Assembly: GCA_009103225.1 (NCBI GenBank)
Contig: RHPI01000975.1
Span: forward strand, 1-53,449
Source of the DNA: Chlorokybus atmophyticus
Lineage: Eukaryota; Plantae; Mesostigma and Chlorokybus algae
Length of the DNA: 53,449 bases
Reading direction: 5' to 3'
The translations under genes and the position numbers were made by a program. How positions within the stretch are numbered: position 1 is the first letter of the stretch; the number at the start of each line of letters is the position of its first letter. The notes under the pieces were generated by a model that worked only from the letters and a program-made list of their open reading frames with translations, was not told where the DNA came from and did not search any database. This document shows, piece after piece, positions 9,717-19,753 of the stretch.

Positions 9717-11386
9717 TTAGAAGTTGTGCAGCGTTGTGCACACGCGAATGCCCAATGTCTCATCTTCATCCACGTCCACGCTTTCCTTGATGCTTGGCGC
9801 ACATACAACACCAAGTAGCGCAGGCTCGCGCACTCCATACTTCGTAAGTATATAACATACAGTGTGAAGCCGGAGTGCTAGCTGCTTCTTGGCAGCATCC
9901 AACTCTGCAACTGGGCATACACCATATCGTCATCGCAAGGCGCACGCAATGAGCAAGGGTGCAAGGTGGGATCTAACATGATGACAAACAATGAATGTGT
10001 TTATCATCATGTCAGATTGTACCCTCGGAGGTGCGCAACAATGACATAACATGGGTTGGGCATGGGCATACCATCTGCATTGTGCTTCACCTCTCCCATC
10101 GTTAACACACGCGAACTTGCGCCCACGAGCCCTGTACAATATGAAGCATGGGATTGTATTACCTCTGTCAATACACTCATAATTACTTCTTTGTCAGTAC
10201 CTCCGCGGATGTTGATCTCAAGCTCTGAAACGCCAGCCATACCCAGTCTCTGACCACAAATATGCGTCACAACTCTGATGCCGGGCCCGGCATCAGCCAC
10301 GATGGCATCTGACGTCCAATGCACATGTCGGTGTTATGCACCCAAGAGTGGTACTTGGCAAGCATGCTGTGGTTTTCTAAAACAAAGTTGAGGCGTACCA
10401 AAGTTGCGACCCAAGACGTAGTTGTAGCGTTGTAGTGTACGCTGCAAGTAACCCGGCAGCAAGAGGTCAACGAGGTTGTAGAAACGCTCTCCTGCTTGTC
10501 TGAGGTCTGCAGTTAACTGACGCCCTTCTGCCTCGCAGCGCAGCCAGTCAGCTGCCTTTTCGAGCTTTACCGTTGCCTTGGGGACTTGTTCCACGTTAAA
10601 GTCCTTCCCGCGCTGGAGCTCCAATTGCCTGGTTGCAGATTGGACGGCTGAACCCACAACAGCTTCAAAACTGGTAAAGAATGCATCCTGGTTACACATG
10701 TTACGCAGCTAATTACTAGCGGCTCAAGCAACAAGCACGGACACAGCACGACTACTGAACTTCACGTACCTTTTCATGCAAGTCTGCCAGCAATGCGGCC
10801 GGACTTGCATCAACGAAATCTGGAGCGTACGTGTGCAGGACGTGTTGGATATTTTGCAAAGTCACACTTGTGCAAAAGACAGATGTAGCTGCGTTGCAGG
10901 GTTCGCGGAGTACGCCTTGAACGTCATCGATGAACCGCGAGCGCGCTAGGCGCTCCACCGTCGAACTCATCGTGGCAATGACATGGCCCTGTTGCTTTGT
11001 GACTAGGATCAAACGTTGGTCGATGCTTTTGATTTCTTTCAGCAGGCTTGCGGAGCGCTTCGCCTCGCGTAAACGCCACAACCGGAAGTACCCCTAGTAC
11101 CACCCTCTATAAGCAGCAGGCAACCTACCGCAGTTTGTCTACGCTGAGCGCTTGCTTGACGGTTTGACGTGCATGCAACCAGCGTGACAATGACAGGTAC
11201 ACGCACCGGCTCCTTTGGTAAACCCACAAGTTCTTCCTCTGACGCTCCAGCAGGCTGGTCACCAAACCGTTCCTGGCCACCAGAGCGGCTGGAGCAAAAC
11301 AACTTGGGTATGACAGCAGCTTGCCGCGTCCAACAACCGAGGCCAGCGAAGCATGCAGCCCTGCTGCTGAGCCGCCGCAACGCCAT
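9717..11386 (-). CDS. Intact 5-exon gene, 405 aa; putative organelle-targeted PD-(D/E)XK-like nuclease-fold protein. Exons 11386-11207, 11093-10770, 10687-10399, 10308-10072, 9904-9717
   Basis: Four GT-AG introns (113, 82, 90, 167 nt) with matching phases join five ORF pieces into a 1218-nt open frame. N-terminus MALRRLSSRAACFAGLG. C-terminal half contains NFDAIVAD...ELEINIRG...GEVKHNADELDAAKKQLALRL. The gene structure is better supported than the function. Confidence 0.8.
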
Positions 11387-11419
11387 CCCTGCATTCCGCT
11401 ACCCCAGCTACCAGGCGGC

Positions 11420-11449
11420 GGCGAAGGCGAAGGCGAAGGCGAAGGCGAA
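11420..11449 (+). repeat. (GGCGAA)5 hexamer microsatellite between two divergent start codons
   Basis: Read directly from the sequence. Confidence 0.9.
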
Positions 11450-11617
11450 CTGGAAATAGACTGCTCTGCGTGACTGGTAATGACGATGTTTGGATATAAC
11501 GTTTAGCACCCGTGCTTAGGATAAGCAGGGTGCTTGCGGCGGCGGAGGTGCGTTTGGTTTTGTTTGTGGTTGTTGTCGTTTCATTGTGGCTGGCCGTTGT
11601 CGCCGTTAGGAAGCAAG

Positions 11618-14285
11618 ATGACCAAGGAGCCAATCCCCCCCCGCGGCGAAGTCCGGGCGGTTCACCGTGTTCCCCATCAACTACCACAAAGTGTGGGAAA
11701 TGCACAACAAGGCAGAGGCTTCTTTCTGGACGGGTAAGAGACAAGCGAGTCTTTTTGGGTGCATGTTCAACTATCTCATTGTTGCGTGATGATAGCACTG
11801 GACAGTCGACGCAGCGCTCAGGGCTTTCAGTGCCACACGCGATTTGTGCCCAGTACATGTGGCATCACATGCAGTTGCTGTGTTCGCCATACATACATAC
11901 ATCATCATATCGTCTGCAACCTCATTGACACAACGTGATCACACAACATGTCGTCGATACTGTTATCATCGTGCTCTTTGCATGCGCACGATGTTCACAA
12001 GCGTTCTCACAGTCACGCCCACCTACTTGCTCACACGCACGCCCATTCATTGTCGCGTTGATGTTTCCAGCTCACAGTCACGCTGACGTCCACGCTCACA
12101 TGTATGCTACGCATGTATGCTTACAAGCACTCCCACATCCTACTCCACATCCGTGCTCACGTGTCTGCTCACATCCATGCTTACAAGCATGCTCCCGTCT
12201 AATCTCACACTTACACTCAAGCCTAAGCGCGCATCCGAGCTCGCAAGCATTCTCACACACATCCGCACTCACATGTAGGTGATGGCAAGCACTGGGACTC
12301 CCTTCCGGATGGTAAGCGCCATTTCGTGTCGCACGTGCTGGCGTTCTGCACAGCGTTGGACGGGGTGGTGCTGGAGAACTTGGGGGTGCGGTTCAGGAAG
12401 GAGGTGCAGATACCAGAGGTGAGAGAGGGGGCAACGTGCACGCGCGCGTGTGTGCAAATGCGCGTGGTTGGGTCTATGTACAGCCTGTATACCAAGTAGA
12501 ATGCATGCGTGTGCACGTGTGCGTCTGAGTTTCTGTGCAGGCACTTTGTGCGTGTGCAGCAGATGTTAACACTGTTGGCTGCGTTGCAGGCGCGCGCGTT
12601 TTATGGCCGAATACATCGAGAGCATACGTTCAAGTACAGTCTGTTATATTTGTGTCAATCAGTCCGACCATGTTTTTCAGTTTCTTTCTTTCTTTTACTG
12701 ACTTGGTTTCAATCTGCGTGCAGAGATGTACAGTCTGCTGACCAACGCGTACATCGAAAATGCAGCTCAGAAGCACCACCCTTTCAGTTCACGCCGTCGA
12801 GAGCATACCCTGCATCAAGAAGGCCCACTGGCCCTCCTGTGGATTGAAACGTGAGCTTGTGTCTGTTCTTGTTTGGTGATTCTCAGTACACAGCACAAGC
12901 TTTAAACAACCTCGCGCCGTTGCAGACAAAGGCAGGCACCCGCACATGCACACGTACGTGTGTGTATACATGCAACACACATATACACACATGCGACACA
13001 CCGACATTCCAGCAACCTTCTGCCTCCTTTTCAGGAGCCAGTCCTTTGCAGAGCGCTTGCTTGCATCGAGGGTATAGTCTTCTCAGGCAGCTACTCTGCG
13101 CGATCTTCTGGCCAAAGTAGCGAGGCCTTATGCTGGGGCTTACCTTCACCAACGAGCTCATCTTGCGGGACGAGGGGCTGCACTGCGACTTTACGTGCTT
13201 GCTCTACTCGTAAGTATTGGTGACTTGGCAGTGGCACGTGGCATGCTGTATGTGTGTACGTGCGTGCGCGTGTACGTTTGCGTGCGCGTGTGAGAGGTGC
13301 GTCTCATCTGTAGATGTGTCTATCTGCGTGCGCACGCACGCAGATGCCCACGCATGCGTAGGCATACATAGTTGTGCTGGCACACAGGTGTGTATACATT
13401 TCAGCACGCGCTTCTGTGTGCGCAGGCACTCGTGTCTGCGGGCATGTGTATTGTATGTGGGCGTTTTGCCACCGATGCTGCCCATTGCATGCTGCTGGTG
13501 AACAAGCTGGAGCAGGCCAAGCTGTTGGCGATCGTGACAAACACAGCGAGGATCGAGAAGGAGTTTGTGTGCAACCGTCGTCGGCATAAGCGACTAAGTC
13601 GAGTTCGTCCCCAACCGCCTCCTGGTGCGTCATAGCTTACACTACACGCGCACACATTCATGTTCGCTCGCACCTGCGCACGTGCACATGACAATGCACT
13701 TGCAGGTGTATGCGGATACATAAGCACGCGGGCATCCGCATGTGTGCGTAATCGTGCATGCGAGCGTGATGATGTATGCATGCGGTCATTCAGAAAGTTG
13801 TGCGCGCACGCATGCGGCATGTGCGTGCGCGCAAATATGCATGCACACGCCATTGTCAACAGGCACTGGCATGAACGCATGCGCATACATGTAGGGTGTC
13901 CATGTATACGTGTGCGTTTGCATGCACAGATGCACAGTGCAGTACACGGTGGGCACTTACCTGTTGATTGTAGGTTGTTGAAGGTTGCATTGGTACAAGA
14001 GAAGCTGCACAACACGCAGAATCCGTTCAACTGGTTCAACATGTGTTGCGCAGGTAAGCCATCATGTGCGCATTTTCGCACACATATGTGTGTGCGTAGG
14101 CGCACACGCGCACATATGCATGCTGCGCACACAAGTGTCAACATATCTGGTCCTGGTCCCAACACCGGGGGCAAGACTAGTTTTCTTGAACAGCGCGTGG
14201 GCGAGTATCAGAAGGCTGTTGTGATGGCGGTCTGGACAAGAACACGTCGCACTCACATGTGTTCACGGCCGCCATGGACTTGTGA
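11618..14285 (+). pseudogene. RNR2: Unprocessed (intron-containing) pseudogene of the ribonucleotide reductase small subunit R2
   Basis: Exon remnants: [25 protein letters not shown]; KHWDSLPDGKRHFVSHVLAF...VLENLGVRFRKEVQIPE; ARAFYG; AVESIPCIKKAHWALLWI; [35 protein letters not shown]; RIEKEFVC; NPFNW; GKTSFLEQRVGEYQKAVVM. In-frame TAG at 13118-13120, several frameshifts, ENIH iron-ligand motif lost. Confidence 0.93.
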
Positions 14286-16012
14286 TTGTGTATGCGTGCA
14301 AGCTCAAGTAATATATATATAGAGAGAGAGATGTCGTTTGTACTTCAGTGGCACATACTGTGCATGCATGGTGCGTTAGGGTTCAAGCGAATGGTGGCCT
14401 TCTTTCAGGTACCAAACAGAGATAGCTTGTGGGGCGCACGGAAAGGCAACGCGAAAACAACACCAAAGGTCACGTGAGATGCTCTTGAACAATACAGGTG
14501 TTGAATATTGGTACTCGATTGCGCATGCTTGGATCTCAGGCTATGTTGGGGGCAGTCATGGCATCGTGCAATTCAGAGTTGCTCAGTCCACATGCGCATG
14601 CATGCTTGCATAAGTGCAACTTTTGGTTTGACTGCCAATCCTAGTGCACAGCGGCATGTGGGAAGCGGGCAGTGGGCAGTGGTGCTGAAATTGCAGGTTT
14701 CGACACCACACAATTGAACATTGCAGATTTAGGCACCACATCCTATGTGGCATTGTTGTCGTTGTTGCTGCGGCGGCGGCGGTTGTGGTGGTAATGCGCG
14801 GAATTGTGTGCGTACATAAGATGACCAGGTAACATGTCTAGCACATGCATAAAGAATGTATTCCTTGCAAAAATCTATCGCTTGACTCTTTGAAAAGAGA
14901 ACGCAAAGTTGTGATCACATATGTGCATTTCCGCAACTCCTCATCTTTGACGCAAGTGAGCAGCCTGCTGTGTACAAAAAATGCAAGTAATGTATGTGCG
15001 ATATATGCAATGCTGTGTATGTGTGTGTTGCTATGCTTGCATGCCATGCCTAATACCATTCCAAGGCATGGTATGCACGGGCAATTGCACCTCGCACTCT
15101 TTGTACAGTGCTCACCATGTATCAATGTGTTGGAACCCATCAAGCAGGCATTGTAAAGCAAATGCATATTATACATGCGTATTGTGCCTCTTAATATCAG
15201 TCTGTCCACTCACTTGTAACCGAGCATACCAAAACTAAGTAACTTAATATATATATCCAAAAACTACATAAATACTTGTTAACTAGCACGAATTGCCTTG
15301 TGCAATCATACGAGTGAGTTATGACACGGGAGGGCTTACACTTTGGGCTGCCCCCATGCTTTAGATTGAAAGTTTAATGCAAATTTGCTGAATAAGAGGG
15401 CTTTCGCTCGAAATTGCCCCCATGCTCTGGCTTGGTGTGGTGGTAGACAGTGCACAGCTCGCACTTACAATCTCTGACAATAACAACAAACACCTCACGT
15501 CCTGCTGATTCCGTAATAATAATAACAATCGTTGTTGTTGCTTAATCATTGATCATAAGATGAATAAGCAGCAACAAGCAACATATACAAAACATCTATC
15601 GCATCTATCGCTAACCACATTCTGATTACCTCGTCCTATATGAGGTGACGATCACCCATATATTATTCCTCAACCAATCTATCCTTTAATACTTGCAGAG
15701 TTTCAACGATTGCCATAGTTGTTTGAGCCATGCCTTTTGCAACCATTCAAGCGAGACAGGACTTTGAGACAGCAGATCCAGTCTCAAGGAGCACAACTAT
15801 GATAGCTGCCTTTATCCATTGAGCTGGATGCCTACGCATTTAGCTATCCCGTCGTAAAATGTTTCCCGTGCCGGCCGTCTAAATAGTGGCAACGGACGTG
15901 CACCTGAAGATACTTATTTAGACTATCGTGGCTTAGTCCACCTGTGATCTTTATACAGAGACCTGAGTATAACTTCCGTTACTATTAGGCCCTTCCCGTT
16001 ACTAGTCAGTCT

Positions 16013-16371
16013 TTAACAGTTGACTATGCCTTTTTAACAGGCACCTGTTAGTTACTTATCATGCTTTGACAGGTGACTATGCCTAGTTAACAGGCACCTG
16101 TCAATTACGTATCAGGCCTTAACAGGTGACTATAACCAATTAACGGGCACCTGTAAGTTACACATCATGTAACAAATGGGCGCTGACCACTAGGCTATGG
16201 TAGCAAAAGACGCTACCATGAGTCAGGTCTGTCACAATTCATCCCAAATCGTGACACATCAGGCCTTAATAGGTGACTATACCCAATGAACAGGCACCTG
16301 CAAATTGCACATCAGTCTAACTTAGGTGACTTAGCCTATGTGATAGGCACCTGCAGGTTACACACCAGTCC
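16013..16371. repeat. ~53-bp minisatellite, five degenerate copies (3 + 2, with a ~95-bp spacer)
   Basis: Unit approximates ttaacaggtgactatRcc....ttaacaggcacctgtNaRttacNNatcaNgcc, starting at about 16013, 16066, 16119, 16266 and 16319. Confidence 0.88.
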
Positions 16372-16559
16372 AGTGCCGGCGACGAAGCCTAATCCACAAG
16401 CACCAACTAGGTAATTATCGACAAGATAAGGCACTCTTCAAGCAACTAAAAGTGACTGATGTCGAGCTGTCGTTAAATGTATTTGCATAGCATGACTACA
16501 CGCGATTGTCACTGATTGCTAGCATCGTTATGTGCCTGTGTTGTGTACAGGTACCTGAA

Positions 16560-17808
16560 ATCTGTACGGAGTCTCTCAGTCACTTGCCAATAAGAAGAAG
16601 TGGAAACTTCTCGGAGCCATTGCATTCACACACAACGCCACTGTAAATCTGTCCTTCTCTCTCTTCCCCCCCCTAGCATCTTCAGCGACCAATGAGCGAC
16701 GTGGACGAGCACGGTAGAAAACGCCGCTCTCGTCCATGTTGAAGGTGTTGGCAGCACCGTACTCTTCAAGGATCTCGGGCAAGTCAGCTCGAGCCATGTC
16801 AACTCCATCTTCGTCTGCATCATCAGCCTCAACATGCAATGCTTTGACGGAGATGCCATGACGTTTCTTGAACCGATTTACCCACCCATGTGATGCATTA
16901 GAATCTTCAATGTTCAACTTGCTAGCAAAGTCTAGGCCCTTTTTTATCAATATAGTGTCTGTGACGGTGAGGTTGCGAGCCCGTGCTTGTGTGAACCATG
17001 CATACAAGGCGTCCTCAAATTTGGGATGTGCCGCAAGCCGCATACGCTTAGTACTTGCAGCAAATTTGCCACCTTGGGCTAGAGTGGCCACTATCTTGTC
17101 ATGGTTGTTTAACAACTTGGACAACGCACTCTGTTTGATATCCAACTCCAACTTGCTGTTAATGCTAGCAATGAAGTCCGCTTGCCTCACGTTGGTGGTC
17201 TCACACAACTTATTATATAATTTTAGAATGCGCTTTCTGTCCTTAAGTGTGATGTTGGTGCGCTTGACTGGTTGTGGTGCGGACATGATAGCCTACAAGA
17301 CACATAGATTGTCCTTAGTCCACACGAACAGTCTCCCAACCATACACAAACACACACGCGCATAAACACAATGCACACACCTCAGCAGAATCCCTTCAGC
17401 GCCTAATCAGCCGTCCCGTGCACCAAGGCGTCTATTTCTACCTAACTAGACCTCTTGCCGCCGCCGCCGCCGCCCCTCGCGCCGCCACCGCCGCCTCATC
17501 TTACCGCTCCTCTACGGCGACCAGTGTGCTCTGCAATTGTGGGTTTGCGGCGTAAGGCAAGGAGCACTTGCATGGGCACAACGGCACAAGAATACAAGTG
17601 CTTACTTGTGCCCTTGCGCACATCACTACTACCCCGATAAGAGCATATGACCACTGGTTTTTTCATGCGGTAATATTAGCCTTATTACGTACAAGACTAT
17701 TCCACTAACCGAAGACATTTGCCTGTAAAACGATTGGTCTTTTTATATTCTATGACCTTAGCGGGGTTATTCTCTTATACAAAAGTTTTTTAACGGGGGT
17801 AGACTGTA
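16560..17808 (-). mobile_element. pogo/Tigger (Tc1/mariner superfamily) DNA transposon remnant, one terminus retained
   Basis: TA followed by CAGTCTACCCCCGTTA... at 17808-17790 (TA target plus pogo-like TIR), then a 5' UTR intron and the transposase ORF. No second TIR found. Confidence 0.8.
16576..17286 (-). pseudogene. Tigger/CENP-B-like transposase: two HTH regions intact, DDE domain frameshifted and truncated
   Basis: KRTNITLKDRKRIL; HPKFEDALYAWFTQARARNLTVTDTILIKKG; ASHGWVNRFKKRHGI; FNMDESGVFYR; KDRFTVALCVNA, then a 1-nt frameshift to GSEKFPLLLIGK*. Confidence 0.92.
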
Positions 17809-19267
17809 CCAAACGTGGTCTGCGGGCCGCGTACAGCTGGTCTGCGCGTAAAACTCCCTGTGTATGGGTCTCTCTCCGAGAGAAACCCATAGCTGGATTC
17901 TTTCAGAGAGAAACTCATAATTAGGGCTTGATTATGCATATAAGTTTTTCATCCGACAATGTTAAGCGCGTGAACCCCTACTGTATAATGTATGTGATGC
18001 ACGAGGTTGTAACACGCATGAGAGTACGAGAAATGCAATGCAAGCAACACACCACACCACCAAGTACTTACCTTCCGGCACCGGGCTGTCAACCTACTCA
18101 TTACCTACCCCTAATACTAACCCAAATACATACAACACGCAGGCATGCATGCACGCGCCATTACCTGCCACATTGCCAGTCGTATCAACCGCAACATGAC
18201 TAAATGACAACGTTGCACAGCCAACTCCCATAGCCGCCTCTCCCTAATCCTCCACCCACATGAAGCTTCCCGACCTACTAGCAACTAATGGAGCAAATAA
18301 CTTTTATTGCAGCATGCATCTCCTTAAAAATATTTTCATCGGAACACGAGGGAAAACATGCGGTGTCGTCGAATAAGCTGTCAAACATCGAGATTGTAAT
18401 TTGCATATATCTAACAGACTGCTCCATTCATGCGCTCACACTATGCCAGATGCAAACACACATGGCAGTCCCACACATGGCAGTCTCACACGCATAACCA
18501 CCCACCCACCCAGAGCTTTATTCACCAAAGGGCTTAGCTAGGGGCCTAATGCAACTAGCTAAGTGCAACCGACATTGAAGACGACCAATAGCCAGCAAGT
18601 ACGTATAACTATACCTGTAGACAGGGCGTTGGTTAGCGCTGAGCGTGGATAGCGACCGGCTTGACTGCAAGGACTGCCAAGGCGACTGCTTGGACCACAA
18701 TGACAATGCTTATGCCCCCGCCGCCCCCGCTACCTGAGCTTGCGGTGGCCTAGCTGTCCAGTGGCAGTAAGCAAGCCGTTTAGTGTTAGCGCGTTGGGGT
18801 TAGCCAATCCAGTGACACAAGTGCGAAGTGATACAAGTCCAAAGTGTTGCATATTATTCTCGAATTTTCTCCTCGCCCTTATTTAAGCCACAACCTTCAC
18901 TTTTTGCCCTGATCTGGAACCTTATAATGTCCTTAAATTGGCTGTTCGTCTTCATGTACCATGTACAAATTCATGGTATGTGCTGCAAGCCCATACAAGT
19001 ATGCTAGCACACCGAGTATACAATCTACAATCCAATTGTTGTTTTGGACCAAATAACTACCGCATGCAAATACAATAGCATGCAAAAACGACCGTTGACC
19101 TTAACTTGATGTATTGCCACTACATCCAATTCAAGTACCTTACCAAGCAATGGAGGCAATAGCTTAAACAACGTAGATTACAAAGTCAATCCATATTATG
19201 CATGCTTAATTGTGCGCGCCTTGCACTATCAACTCTTGTCTTTATGCATGACTCTTTCGCGCAAGTT

Positions 19268-19545
19268 GCCTTGACACTCCTATCCAGCCACAACTCCATC
19301 ATCACTCCTTGATGTTAAGTGTGATTCTAACACGAATCGCATAACCATGCATATGACTTGATACCCTTAAAACGCTTGTGAACACAGATGATGAGTTATG
19401 TTGCCATCTGTGATGGGCGGTGGCGTTGTGGGAGATGTCTTTGAGGTCGCAGCAATAGTAACTACGCACCCTGCAATTGCGTAGCACTACCAGACCACCT
19501 GAGATGCCACCAAACAGCTCCAGCACTACCAGCCCCGGCGTGCCT
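19268..19545 (-). pseudogene. Relic of a DNA cytosine-5 methyltransferase (motifs I and IV), intronless, probably retroelement-borne
   Basis: GLVVLELFGGISGGLVVLRNCRVRSYYCCDL (motif I, FxGxG, at 19506-19535), followed ~210 nt downstream in another frame by VVAG*ECQ (motif IV variant, W mutated to TAG). Confidence 0.72.
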
Positions 19546-19753
19546 AATACGCTGCAACATGTCCACCTCATCCCGCAGAGCATCATATGTAGCGGAGACA
19601 CTCGGCCATATTGGTTGACATAAATGATGTCGCATGGAGTGTCAACAAGACACCACCCATACACAGGTCAACTCGTGACAAGAGCAGCCGCGGCAACCCC
19701 ACTTACAGACTCAAGAACACTGAGTCAGACAAGCGCAACGCAAGAATTACACA

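Noticed and set aside
13118-13120. In-frame TAG as evidence of a TAR=Gln genetic code
   Set aside because: It aligns to a conserved Lys in a gene that also has frameshifts. Intact genes here end in TAA, TAG or TGA and have no internal TAR codons in the exons traced.
14838-15549. Short ORFs in the AT-richer intergenic region
   Set aside because: No recognisable motifs or consistent exon chain.
16013-16371. Repeat array as a CRISPR
   Set aside because: Eukaryotic context, degenerate adjacent units without unique spacers, and no cas genes.
17863-17891. Hairpin TATGGGT-CTCTC...GAGAG-ACCCATA next to the Tigger end as a Helitron 3' terminus
   Set aside because: No CTRR terminus at the expected distance and no other Helitron features.
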